63,688 bases of DNA, filler included, from Saprolegnia diclina VS20 (GCF_000281045.1; 9 parts of 2 records of this genome joined end to end with filler, not necessarily neighbours in it); one strand, 5' to 3'; counted from the whole stretch's first letter, positions 47,976 to 60,759 are shown. Notes: generated from the letters alone by a model not told the origin. Made by a program: numbers and translations.

Positions 47976-49947
47976 CTACGGTGCGGGCTGCATGTACGCT
48001 TCCAAGGCGTGTGCTTGCACCGTGGACAGCGACATCTTGGCAACCGCAGCGCACTCTCGCCGGAACATGGACCGGTTCCGCAATGTTTGCACGTGAGCGT
48101 CGACAGCGGCAAAGGTTGGCGTCCCGACCGTCAGCAGCGCCAAGTATATCATGTGGCCACGGCAGCTGCTTAGGCGCTCAGGGTCCAAGCGCAAATACTC
48201 GACGGCGGGCGCAATGCAGGTTGCGAGGCGCTCGATGCCCAGCGAGTCTCGCCTGGACCACACGGCGGCTGGAAGAATAGCGACGAGGCAGTGGTTGGCT
48301 CGGACAGTGTCCAGTAGTGACGCGAGCGGCGACGGAAGGTACGTCGCCACCTTGCGCACGACAACGTCCGGTAAGCAACGGCGCAAGTACGCTGACGCAG
48401 CCACGCCGATCGGTACGTCTCGACAGCGAGCATGTCGCCCAGCATTCGCTTCGTGGGGATGTAGCGCAGCAGGCGAGGCCACCACAGCGGAACACAGTCG
48501 TGTGCGATCATTTGCGCGAGTGCGTCGCCGCCCGTCGCGAGATGCACCAAATGAGCAGCAAAAGCGCTCGAGGCCTTCACTGTATGGAGTCGGTGCTGAA
48601 AACGTGGCGTGCCAAAGCGTCGGAGCACCGCGAGGAGCCAAGTAGCCATGTTTTCGTCGTCGGCCCATCGCTCGTGAGCGTCCATGAACGCCTCGATGAG
48701 CTGCAAGTCGCCATAGTCGTAGAGCAGTGACGCCATCGCGTACGTGACTTGAGGCGGGTTGCGGCCATGGTGAGGACGCTGCGGGTAGAAGGCACGGAAC
48801 GCCGCTTCAAAGATGCCGTGGAGCGACTCGAAGCCGAGTCCGTCGACGACGTCACCGTCCACATTGCCGCGCAAGAGCGCGATCGTGCGGTCGTAGCCCA
48901 AAATGCGTACGCGGCACGCCTTGGGCCACACGAGCAGGAAGTTGCCACGTGACTTGATCTCGTCGGTGTCTTCTGCAACTTCGTTGATCGGCGTCTGGTC
49001 ATAAACCTCTTGAACGAGCGCCGGCGTTTTGCACATTGAATGGGACGTCCCAGACAGCGGTGGAATAGCTTTGTTCTTGTCGTCGCCTTCGCCCGTGCGC
49101 ACCAGTGCAATGTCATAGACGTTGGCCGCCAGTAGCAGATCGACAACTGCCTTGTCAGGACCCGTGAGCGAATCAAACGTCGGCGTTGCAGTATACGTCT
49201 CGAGCCGGATCATGACGGCATTACGTTGTCTCGGATCGAAGCCACGAGTAGCGTCCTGTAGCTCTTGGATCGTCGGCAACAGCGGCGGCGCAAACCATAC
49301 CTCAGGCGCCGTCCAGTTGTCGAAGTAGTTGTCGTCCAGGGTCGCGTAATACACAGCACAAGATCGGTGTCCGGATGTGATCGGCGCGACGGTCACGTCG
49401 CACGAGCTGTAGAACAAGAGAAAGCACCCGTCCAATGACTCGAAAGTCGTCGGTCCGCGTTCCGACAGATCTCCGAATGGCCCGCACGCTTCCGAGATCG
49501 TGACGGCACCGCCGACGCAGGTGGACGGGAAGAAGTAGACGACCGTAGCAAATGTACCATGTGGTCGCTCCGTTGTCGATGTCAACGCTGAAGAGTCGCC
49601 AATCACGTCGACCGCAAAATGAGCCAGCGTCATGTTGAACGCGAGGTTCTTCTCGGTCTTGTTCCGCTCCGAGTCGCATTCGCAGAGGATGGCGGACTCA
49701 ATCATGAACTCACACTTGGGAATGTCATGGAAGCCGCGGAAGACGACGTCCTTGGCCGGGACGCGGCCAGGTACGTGGTCGACAGCGCCGTGAGGGTCTC
49801 CGTCGGTAGCGGCCACGAAGGCACGGCGATGCCGCCGATCTTCGCGACGGGGTTGCTCTCGAATTTCGGCTTGTAGAGATGGCACATCGGCGCCGCAATA
49901 TCATGCGTAGACGGGCCCATAAGGTTCCCGCTCTTGTCGTCACTCAC
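47976..49947 (-). pseudogene. 2OG-Fe(II)-like family copy with frameshifts and GTG in place of ATG
   Basis: Homology to 44792-46786 is split over ORFs 49702-49947, 48170-49885 and 47976-48668. Confidence 0.7.
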
Positions 49948-50134
49948 TCAAAACTAGATGTGATTGACAAAACGATTCTCACTGTGTGACGTTGCACTAT
50001 ACCAGAGTGATGGTCGAGGAAGCCTCTGCGTCCACAAGACCATCACTCACACACGGGGACTGGCTCTCCAGTGCCAACCACGCATGACACATCATCGCGT
50101 CTATGCCTTGATGGCATAATTCAAATTGCATCCC

Positions 50135-51039
50135 ATGAGCGACGACGGTCACGAGTACAGTCCGTACTCGATTGCGCGGGACGTCGCGTTGCCGCACTGT
50201 TGTCTGCGCAAGGCGGACGCCGAGAGCAGCGTCACCGCGGAACTTGGCGGTATCACCGTGGCGTCGTGGCCTCTCTCGACCGAGACCGTCGCAGCGCTCA
50301 CGACCAAGTACTCTGGCCGCATACCGGCGCAAGATGTCACCATCAGTGGCCTCGGCATTGCCGAAAACGAGTATTTTTCCGAATCCGACATTCTCAGCAA
50401 CTTTGATCCGTATCCCGACGGCGACGAGTTCGGCATGACGTTCAGCATGTCACTGGCGCATGTGGCGATCGACGCGACCGGCGACGCGTCGACGTTCAAG
50501 CCGGCAACGCAGCGACCGCCACGCTACACGTTTGCTACGGTTGTCTACTTCTTTCCGTCCAACTGCGTCGGCGGCGCCGTCACGATCTCGCATGGCCACC
50601 GGACGACGACGTACGAGGCACTTGACGGTCGCTTTCTGTCATTCTACAAGACGTGCGACGTGACTGTAGGTAGCGCCAATTACGTCGGGACATCGGTCGT
50701 TTGCTGTGTATCACGCCGTCTACGATCTTGCGGACTTTGACTATGCCGTAAAGCCGCGGTACGCACCCCCGCCACTGCCATCGCTCCAAGAACTCCAACT
50801 CGCCGCTCGCCGCTTTGAGCCCGATGGCCACAATAGTGTCATGATCCGGCTTGCGACGCGCAGTGCGACGCCGACGTTTGGTCCGCTCACGGGTCCTGAC
50901 AAGGCAATTCTCGACCTGCTACTTGCAGCCGACGTCTTTGACATTGCCATTGTGCGGGCGGGCGAAGGCGACGACAGCGAGACCAACAGCATTGACGAGA
51001 GCGACGACGAAAGCGAGAATGATAGCGGTGACGTGAGCG
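50135..51039 (+). pseudogene. 2OG-Fe(II)-like family copy, frameshift near 50680, truncated at linker
   Basis: MSDDGHEY...YTFATVVYFFPSNCVGGAVTISHG. Continues as YHAVYD...TPTFGPLTGPDK in another frame. Confidence 0.65.
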
Positions 51040-51139
51040 NNNNNNNNNNNNNNNNNNNNNNNNNNNNNNNNNNNNNNNNNNNNTTAATTAATTAANNNNN
51101 NNNNNNNNNNNNNNNNNNNNNNNNNNNNNNNNNNNNNNN

Positions 51140-52206
51140 GTGATAAAGAGCATGAGCAGCTTGCGACGTTCGAGACCCGAGAGCACGTCGTACGTCAAGA
51201 CGGGCTTGTTGCGCAGGACGCCTTGCAGTCCCTCCATCGTCATGTACACGTCGCCCCAGAAGAGCAACATGCTTGCAATGGAGAATACGATTTGCATCGC
51301 AAGAAGCTCGTCTCCGTTGTCGACCGAATGCCCGACGATCCAGCCCGAGACCACTGGTATCTTGGAGTCACGGCCCGTGCTCCAGCCGAGATCCGTGTCC
51401 AAGTCGTCGAAGATCGCCACCATCACTGCTTGGTTGTGGGACGAGACTGCGTACCGGCGTCCGAGCGGGAACGACGGTATCTCCGTGTTGCGGCCAATTG
51501 GGTCGGGGGCCGTCGTGCCATTCAGCGCTACTTGCATTGTTTCGACCCCGGCGACAAGGCGGTGGGTCGAGCCATCGGTACTAGTGTAGACCTTGGTGGT
51601 AGTGGTGACTTTGTCGATGAACCCCGTGACGAGGTACACGCCTTCGGGGTGTGTCATGCGCAGCGCCGTCTCAACCATGAACAAGCCGGCAATGGTTTGG
51701 GACCCGTTTTGGGGGCAGCACGTGGGGAAGTCGTCGTACCCGATCAAGAGCTGCAGCGACGCCCACCCGATCTCTGGGGTGGCGCCCATAAAGCACGTCG
51801 ACACCGAATACGTGGCACCCGCTGGGATTGCCAAGCGTGCAGCAACGTTGGCGCCAATGGCATTCCACGCAACGGCATTCGCGGTCGTGTTGACCTCAAT
51901 GGCGCTGCACGAGTGCGGAACCCAGCCTGCGTGATTGAGCTTGCACGACGCGCCGTAGCTGTTCCAGTACGAGGCTTTGGCCTGGTCGTGGTACTGCACG
52001 TCTTCGCGGCGAAACGTGCCTTGCGCCACAACGACGGCGAGCGCTGCGAGCGACAGCGCGACGAGGACGGCGGCCACGAGGTTGGAGAGGATACGATACC
52101 AGATCTGAACGACGGGCGTGTGATTGCCGTGCCCATCGCCCCGCGCACTCTTGTCGGTCAAGACGTACTTGGAGAGCCCCGAGGAGAAGAAGGTGCGCAA
52201 CCACAT
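51140..52206 (-). CDS. Uncharacterised multi-pass membrane protein (3' end truncated by linker)
   Basis: More than 350 open codons. N-terminal TM helix, Cys-containing loop, second TM and KPVLTYDVLSGLERRKLL. Confidence 0.65.
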
Positions 52207-52979
52207 CGGTGCCGGCGCCTGTCGTGTCGACTGGTCCTATCTATACGCGCGTCTAACTATAGGCTGGTTGACTTCGCCCGAGTCGACCTGTTGGTTACGC
52301 ATGTCAAGAGTATGAATTCGGAGCACTCTGGCGCAGGCTTCTCCGAGTCGTCCAACGCGAGCCATTGTTGCTGAAGCGGTCGTTCAAGTACTGAGCACGA
52401 GCCGTTGCTGGTCGATCCAAAAGCGAGGGGCGTTGACCGTCAAGAACCCTCTGGCTGTACAGACGTGACGGGCACATGTACTGGCACCGACGTCGTAACA
52501 CGTTACCCTGGACATCGGTCGTGTGAGCTGTGAGCTCAAGAAAGATATACGCGTAGCTTTTAGTTGTCGGGACCGATTCCTTCGCATCACGGGTCGCATC
52601 TATTACTTCGGCGTGATGGACAACACTAAAGTGCTTTCATAATCGCGTAGCAAACGCAGACAACGTCGCCGAGCTAAAAATGAAGCAGGCTGCGGCCTCA
52701 TCTCTACCTCAACGTCGGATCTTCGTCCGCCTCAAATCGCGCTGAAGATGCATCGTCATACAGACCACGTGTCAGGACCATTGTTGCCAAGTCGCCACGG
52801 TACAGTGAAGTGCCGAGAACTTTTCAATCGAATGTACGCATTGTTTGATGTGCCGAGATGACGCACACAACCGCCTCGAGCTTGGATTGGGCAGGATTCC
52901 ATACGCCATGTTTTGACCAATCATAGGGTGGTATTTTACAATGGCCAATCAAACGCGACCAAGACCGTCAGTCCAGATC

Positions 52980-53765
52980 ATGCGGCCAACCAACGTCCTC
53001 GCTCGCGCGGCCGTCGACGTCTGGAAGGCGACGCTCGCGCCCCAGCGCGTGGCTGCGTGGCAGGCGCACGACGCGTCGCTCCACCGCTTCCTTCGCGCGT
53101 CGATCCCCGAGGCCCTCGAGCACACGGGCGGTGCGCTACACGAGACGGGACAGGCGAGTGCTGATGCGGCTTGTAGAGGCCGCGTTCGACGAGCATCTCG
53201 TGGGCGTGCAAACCGTCTTGCGCGTCTTTGGAGCGGACGACGATGTGTGCGATGCCGGCCTCTTCCACTCGATCTACGGCACCGAGGGCTTCCAGGGCTA
53301 CAAGCTCCCGATGGCCAAGCGGCCAGAGATCCGCCGGCTCCTTGGCCCTCGCGCCGAGCGCCTTGTGTGGATGTTTTGCGTGCTTGATCGCGCGGCCTTT
53401 GATAAGACGCTGTTTGCGAGCAGCACGCCCACCGCGTTGGTCGCGCGCCCCGAGCTCGGTCGGTTCGACATCCCGCTCGCGTCGACGGCCGAGTACCACG
53501 ACCTCATGGAGCTTGTGCTGGCCGACTGGATGGACCAAGTCGAGGGCGCTGCCGCGCGGGCCAACCCTCTTTTCGAGTGGGAGGTAGGACACGCGTGGTC
53601 GTACCGCCGAGCGGCGTACCAGGCGATGGGAGAGCACCTCGCGGCTTTGCGCGGGACCCGGGGCGCGACGATCCAAGACGTTGTGCGCAGCATTTACGAG
53701 CGAGAGCCGGCGTCGACGCGCCACTTGGTGCAAGCCGTGACGCCGCCCATGAGCCTCGCAGCCCG
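52980..53765 (+). CDS. DUF6817-like (HD-fold-related) protein, 1 intron, 3' end truncated
   Basis: EHTG-EAAFDEHLVGVQTVL...AGLFHSIYGTEGF...IRRLLGPRAERLVWMFC. GT-AG intron 53131-53176. Confidence 0.65.
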
Positions 53766-53865
53766 NNNNNNNNNNNNNNNNNNNNNNNNNNNNNNNNNNN
53801 NNNNNNNNNTTAATTAATTAANNNNNNNNNNNNNNNNNNNNNNNNNNNNNNNNNNNNNNNNNNNN

Positions 53866-55529
53866 TAGTTGCCGCCAGTGGCGAATCACCTCGAGACCGA
53901 GGTGCGAGATATGACTGCCGTCGAGATACAAGCACAGTAGCATCGGCGGTAATGCAGTCGTGACGACCGTGGGCGCGATGGTGAATGCATTATACCGGAG
54001 CTCGAGGACCATGAGCGACGACGGGAGATCAACACCATCAAACGACGTCATGTTGGAGAAGAGCACGCGCAAGGCAAATAGCTTGGCGAAGGGGGCGAGG
54101 ACGTGCGCGGGAACGCCATGCGGCAGCGGGCAGTGGTCGATCTCAAGGTAAAAGAGGCGGGTTCCCAGCGGCGCGAGCTGCGACTGCAGATACGCCACGC
54201 CGCCATCGTCGTCGTTGGTAGTCGTCGTTGGGCAGTGCACGTGAGCGTACGCGCAGTAGCAGGAGACGTGTCGAAGGAGCGGTGTCACGGCCACCTTGCA
54301 CGTCGACGGACACACGCTCTTGAAACCGAGGAGCCATCTAATCCAGTCATAGACAACCTTTCCATCTTATGACTGCGTCTGTACATGATATTGGCGATGA
54401 GAACGAGTCCCCACAAAATAAGCGCGAGGCAGATGGCTTTGGCTGGGCGCGTGAGGTTTCGGTTCCAGTACTGCTGAAGTTCGGACAAGGACACGAGGCG
54501 GGATGCCATCTTTTCGTTGTGCGGCGCAATAGCGGCGGGGGGGCATGGTGGGGCCGTGATGGCACACGCACGGGCGCGGGGGGACATTTGGAGGACCGAC
54601 TGTGCCAGCAGCTGCATGGTCCAAATGTTCAAGGCCCCCAAAAGCACCTTGCAGATGAGGCTCATGAGCGTGTTGCTAATGTACCCGCGCATGCCGAGCG
54701 TTGTCATCGTGAGCCAGCTCGCGTCGTTGCGCAGCTGCGACGCGATCGCAATCGGCTGGAACTTTTTGGCGTAAATGCGAGGCGCCAAGTCGAGCAGCGG
54801 AAAGGCCGTGTAGAGCGTAAACCTACGATTCGATGTGTCTCTACTTTTGCAGACAAGTTGTCCAAACTACCCGAGGACGCCGTTTAAAAAGAGACGGAGT
54901 GTCTTGTGGACAAAAGGCGCCCGCGACGTCAAGAGCAGTGGGGAGACGAGGCAGTTGAGCGCAATGCAACTCGTGTAGACACACACGACCGTCATAGACG
55001 TGACGTAGAACGAGAGCCGCCACGCTTGGAACGACTGCATGCCAAGCTCGAGCGCTTGAAACACACCTACAGTATTTGGTGGATAAGAGCTTGTGTGTAC
55101 ACGAGCGCGCATACAGGACGCGGTGCGCGTCTCCAGCCACAGAAACCGAGACGACGGGCGAAGATGGAGGCGTCGTTGCGAATGCAAAAGGCACAGTAGT
55201 GGGCCGATGGAGTAGAGATGCGCGAGAAGTAGCGCGATATTAGCGACAGTGGACGCGGGCACCGAGTAGACTTGGACAGTCCTACGTAGCGATTAAATTT
55301 TGAACCGAGCAATTGCATGCACGGACTGCGCCTCCGTTGGCGTGATGGTCAGCAAGGACCCGACCGTCAAGCCAAAATAGATCGCCGAGAGCGCATGCTT
55401 GAGCAAGCAAAAGACGAGCACCGGTCGTCGGACGTAGCGCTTGAGGACGACGATTGCGTCTGCCTTGATGGGTCGTGTCCACGCGAGCACGGCATTTCTC
55501 GACGAGGTCGACGAGAGTTGCCACCCCAT
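53866..55529 (-). CDS. Multi-TM + LRR protein, copy 1 (possible frameshift near 54310, truncated by linker)
   Basis: FCLLKHALSAIYF, HKTLRLFLNGVLG, LRNDASW, LFYLEIDHCPLP and LxxLxL repeats, paralogous to copy 2. Confidence 0.6.
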
Positions 55530-55847
55530 TATGCTGGGAACTGCACGCGTATCGACAGTTGCAATGTGCCTCGAAACCCCTTCTCGCCAATTCGTTTGTC
55601 GCCGTTCAACAACAACGGCAGCACTGTCGTTGGCGGACAAAGCGTCCAAATTCGAATGAATTAAATCGTTAAATCATAGTCCAGCCTTTTGCCGAGGAGC
55701 AAGCGTCCATGTAAAATCACGTGCCCTTGGGCTTACAATGTGCACCCAAAAGTTGTGTTTCTAAACTCCGACACGGCGTATCCATTCGCCATTGAACCGT
55801 CATATCAGGACGTGGTATACTATACGTTGCTACTAGTATTGACTACG

Positions 55848-58040
55848 CTACGTCGGCCGGAAGTACGGGGTGCAGGTGCCGTCGTCGTCTGCAAACTTGG
55901 GCGTCGCGCACGGCGCGTCACAGAAATGGTTGTCCAATAGGGCTGGGGAGCACGCTTCGGAACGCGTCGGCGAGGGGCAGTACGTCGCATTGTGGCCTTG
56001 CACTACATACGCGGGCCAGAGCCCGCAGCGGACAGTCGCCGTGCACGTCACATCAAAGAGCAAGAGGGGACTCGCCGCGTCAAGGGGGAAGCGCAGAGTC
56101 GAAATGTCGGTCGACGAGAGGTAGACGTGCGTGAGCAGCGGCATATCAAACAGCCGTGTCGGAACTGTGGTGACAGTCGTGTGGTGCAGTGACAGCTCTG
56201 TGAGCTGCGGCAGCTCGTCGACGATAGCAGAAAAAACTGCATCCGAAATGCTCGTCTCGGAGAGATGCAAGGACGTCAACGGGTGCCACGCTTGCAACGT
56301 CGCTCTCGGGATATGCGCGATCGTGTTGCCATCGAGGGCGAGGTAAATCAAGTTGGGAGGCAGCGCGGAAGCGATCATCGCGGGCACTTGCGTGAGCTGC
56401 GAGTACCGAATCTCTAAATACAAAAGCGATGGCGGGAGGACGCCATCATACGCTGTCATGTTCGAGTACAAAATCCGCACGGCCAAAAGCGACTTAAACG
56501 GCAGCAAGAAGGACGGGGGGAGTCCGCTTGGAAGTGCGCACTGGGCAATTTCCAAGTAGAAGAGACCATCTCCAAGGCGCGACGGTGAAATCAAGGCGGT
56601 GAGGTTGGAACTCGCGTTCTCATCGCAGACGTGTCGGTAGTAGACGCAGTCGCACGAGAGGCGAAAGAGCGGCGTCACGTGAAGGACACAGTCCAGTGGA
56701 CACGCAGCGCTGGACGGCTGCGCGACCAAGAGCCCGGTGGCCACGAGAAGCAACGCCCCCCAGCCCCCCAGTATGGCACAGAGCATCTTGGCTGCGACTG
56801 AGATTTGAAAATTCCAGTACCGTGCTTGGGGCAGCTGAGAGAGCGACGCGATGCGGGAGCTGCGTCGCAACGGCATCTCGTGCTCGGTGGGCCCTTTTAC
56901 GGGGGACGGAAAAATTTGGCTCGCGCGAGGACCTAGCTTGAACGACGCAGGCTTGCGCTTGGGTGTATCCCAGATGGACGACACGAGAAGCCGGAGCGTC
57001 CAGAAATTGAGACCGGTGCTCACAATCTTGACAACGAGGCCAACGCCAGTCGTCGAGCTGAACCCGCGCGTGTACAGCACCATGGTTGTGACCCAGATCG
57101 GGTCGTTTCGGAGTTGTGAGAGTTGAACGCGTGGCATGGCGCGTCTCGTTAAGAGCCGGGGCACGAGCTCGACCAGAGGAAATCCAGTGGTGAGTGTAAA
57201 CCTAACATGTCACGTTGGACGATATTGTCATTCTTCCAAAACTCGTCACCCAAAGATGCCGTTAATGAATAGGCGGAGGGTCCTGTGGACATAGGCGATG
57301 CGGGAGCAGAGCAACCAGGGCGAGAGGAGCGCATTGATTGCAATGCACGCCGTGTAGAGAGCGACGACCGGCATCGACGACACCATGTACGAGAGGCTCC
57401 ATGCTTGGTACGACTGCGCACTGATCTCCAGCAGCTGAAACCAGCCTAGACCAAAAAATGATAATCGCATTGAGAAAAACGACAATTTCGAGCTGTACAC
57501 GTCGAGGTGCGCGACTGCTGAACACGGTCAAAGCACTGGCGCAACAGCCCAAAGCGGGGACGCGCTTGTGCTTTTGGCTCCGAGCGCCAGACGAGCTGAG
57601 AGATGAGCTCGACGATGGTGTAGCCGTGGCACACGGCAGCGATTAGGCTGTAGACGATCGAGGCCGACGGCGAATATATCTGAATGGTTCTAACTCGCCA
57701 AGAATGAGACCTTGTCTAGTGGATACAGGACGTAGTACGCGGCTTCGTTGGGTGTCATATTGACGAGCGAGATGGTCACAACCGAAAAGTACACGGCCGA
57801 GAGCACGTGCTTCAGGAGGCAAAAACCCAAAATCGGGCACTGCAAGCACTCCTTGAGGGCTTGGATCGTCTCGTCCCCGGTAAACTCGTCGGTCGCTTCA
57901 AACGGCTTGGCAAGCCACTTGGTGAGACGGGCGTCCGAGACCGACTTGGTGAGCACCCCCGAGACGGACCGCGAGAGCGACGACCACGTCGACTGGCGCG
58001 AGAACGACGACCGCGTCGGTTGGAGCGGTTCCGAAGCCAT
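55848..58040 (-). CDS. Multi-TM + LRR + C-terminal LNR(Notch)-like protein, copy 2, multi-exon
   Basis: Several TM exons. LRRs (LIYLALDGNTIAHIP, LTSLHLSETSIS, LTELSLHHTTVTTVP, LTHVYLSSTDISTL). End CSPALLDNHFCDAPCATPKFADDDGTC. Confidence 0.72.
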
Positions 58041-58582
58041 TCCACTAAAAATACTACTGCCTTTCTACCAAGGCTCGCGCCCGTTTCGCTCGGAAGCCAA
58101 GCCAACCGACGTACTAGACATCAAACTCTCGCGAATACCCTGTCGTCTCTAAATCACGCTGACGCCTTTGTCCAGCGAACTGTTGACTGCGATCGTCGCC
58201 CGCCAGCGTTGGCGCCTTCCAGACCACGTGCTGCGGCTGGGCCGCGACGTTCCGGCCAACGTGGCTGCGGATCGCTACTTTGCCCCATCCGAGGCGCCCT
58301 GTTTCTTAGGACGCACCAAGATCACGCTGCCGATCGTCCTGCACCGCGACCTCCAGTCGCTGAGCCGCCTCAGTCGCTGGCGACTCCCGACGATTTTGAC
58401 AAACTGCGTAGCTTTGCCGCCGACCGCAACGCCTGGAAAGATTTTACCGACATGTCGTCACGGGCCTCACCCGCGGCCACAAACGTCGTAGGCGACGACA
58501 GAAGAGCCAGACGAGCCCCGCGCCGCCGCCTGCGCAGCCACGGACCGGCGAGCGAATGAAGAAGAAGGAGATTGCTAGTCAT

Positions 58583-58644
58583 TACGTATGCGAAGTCTTT
58601 GTGTAATTATGAAGATAACGCGAAACACGTTCATATATAAACCG
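58583..58644 (+). repeat. Short dispersed repeat, second copy of 27492-27560
   Basis: Shares TACGTATGCGAAGTCTTTGTGT...GAAGATAACGCG...TCATATATA. Confidence 0.8.
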
Positions 58645-59062
58645 CTTCAACTAGAAAATGGCGCCAAGACACAAATGTAGGTCGTTAAACACAATAGACC
58701 AATCAGCGCACAGATGCAAAGAATGTCGATCGAAATNNNNNNNNNNNNNNNNNNNNNNNNNNNNNNNNNNNNNNNNNNNNTTAATTAATTAANNNNNNNN
58801 NNNNNNNNNNNNNNNNNNNNNNNNNNNNNNNNNNNNCTTATTGTAGTTTTTAGTTGTATGTGGTAGCATCTTCGTCGGTACCATTTTACTACTAGCTGCA
58901 AGAAGGCGTGTATACAACCTCGGCAACGCCAACACTTGACCCAACGGACAGAGTGAACTGGGACTCCACGTTGGAGAGATGAGGTGTGATGACAGTCGTA
59001 GAAAAGGTATGAATGCAAAGTCAGGATTGGAAAGAGGCAAGTGCAGTAGAAGGTAGGCTTCA

Positions 59063-59237
59063 CAAGGGAGGAGTGCTGGGCCCTCGGAAACCAGTCCAAA
59101 AGTCAGTGGCAAGCCAACTGGACTAGCGGAAGTTGTAAAAATGAATGTGAAAAAACCACACCGAAGTGTGGAAATCAGTTTTCACACTGATTAGAACAGA
59201 TACTACACTTGATCTTAGCCAAAAGGCCGAGAAGGTA
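59063..59237 (-). ncRNA. U2: U2 spliceosomal snRNA (5' end interrupted by a transposon)
   Basis: Minus strand reads TACCTTCTCGGCCTTTTGGCTAAGATCAAGTGTAGTATCTGTTCTAATCAG with the branch-pairing GTAGTA. Stem IIa ATCAG/CTGAT, IIb CCACAC-TTCG-GTGTGG, IIc TTTTCACA, stems III and IV are present. 3' end approximate. Confidence 0.95.
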
Positions 59238-60759
59238 CAGTACGCGCACTAAAGATAGGCCACCTGGGGTTCACACACTTCTAGCTGTCTAAAGTGGTAA
59301 TGGATAGTTGTCAATCCTGTCATAATACTTGTTCATTGATATGCCAAGTTTTCATGCACGTTGGATACGATTTGAGGTCAAAAATGAGAAAAAACATGCG
59401 ATTTTTTCGAATTTTGGTGAAATAAAGATAGGCCACTTGGATATTTTGTGGTGTTTGGAGACCCGTGAGGCAATTCCAATGCAAGGGTTTTGTACCCTTT
59501 CATGCTATAACGTCAAGGCACCATGCAGGCCTACTCGCAACGAGCTTTTCGTCGTTTATCTAGCCATTTTACACCAGCAAAGGAGTGACGCAGCAAAGAG
59601 GCCCTTTTCGTCCCGAAACTGGGTCCCGTTGGCGTTGACGCGCAGTATAAAGATGGACCAAAGGCTATACGTGTATGACCGACCGCGCGAGCGCGTTGGC
59701 TAGTCCAAAATATCGATCCATTGGACCGGCAAGCGACGCCACGAAATTGTGACTGATGTGTATCGCGCTGGAATATGAAGTTTTGGCATGAAACTCGAGC
59801 CCAGGGTGTGGCTGGTGGCTGGAGATTGTGACAGTGCACATGTAGCTGTCTTGGCCACTCGCCAGGCCTCCAGTTCGAAGTTTTTTTGGGGGGAAATCGT
59901 GCTGCAGACCCATGGCCGTGCCACCACCACATTGGCGGCACGGAAAACACGTCACCTCAAGGTGCGGGAGATGCCAGTAGCACGGTTTTCCATAATTTTG
60001 TTGTGGGAAATGATACGACACAGTCTAGAAGGCAAAATGGAGCCGGGCTCGGCTGTACTCGTCGGGTGGGCGCTGGGTAGCCAAGTCGCTGCTGTCTTCG
60101 GCCCTTCGGGCTCCCTGCAGCAGCTCTACGAGTTGTGGGGTCTGCGCGAAGGTTGTGTGAAGTGATATCTTGGCTGCAGTGCATGCGGTCCCTCGCAATC
60201 TCACGAAAGAGCCCTCGAAACGGGTTTCGTACGATTTTTGGAGGCCATCCGGGTGATTTGGCGGCACCGTAGCCTTCCCCCTAGGAGAGAGAGTTGCGCG
60301 CAAGCATTAGGAATCGACGGAACTCCGTCCCAACTGTCCCTGGATGCCATCCAGCGGTGTGAAACGCGAGAATTCTGGCGCTTTCAAGTTCGGTGAGCCT
60401 CGTGCCACATCCCGTCGTGTATCGGACACGGATGTTAAACAATAGCGCCGGAAATGATTGTGAGAGGCTTAGATGATGCTTACCCAGGCTGGGAAGCAAA
60501 TTGAAGAGTCAACGGCGACGGAGAGGCTCGAAAATGCCAAAAAATCGAAAAGTGGCCTATCTTTATTTCGCACCAAAAAATCGAATTTGGCGGTTTTTCG
60601 GGCGTTTCTCAAAAACACTTGGCCCGATTGATCCCAAATGTTGTGTTTGGGCTGACCGAGACAAGTGCTTTCGATTGGACTATGTTGCGATACGTCACGA
60701 TGTATACAGCACGTGATAGATTTACGTGCCAGGGTGGCCTATCTTTATTGCGCGCACTG
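59238..60759 (-). mobile_element. Tc1/mariner (Tc3-like) DNA transposon with IR/DR ends and decayed transposase
   Basis: TA|CAGTACGCGCACTAAAGATAGGCCACC ... GGTGGCCTATCTTTATTGCGCGCACTG|TA. Inner copies of AAAGATAGGCCAC at about 59424 and 60553. Minus-strand relics GTRLTELESARILAFH, CYWHL...RQCGGGTAM and IDILD*PTRS...SLWSI. Confidence 0.88.

Noticed and set aside
59238..60759. U2-associated insert as a Utopia/Keno non-LTR retrotransposon
   Set aside because: It has TIRs, a TA duplication and Tc3-like transposase relics, with no reverse transcriptase.
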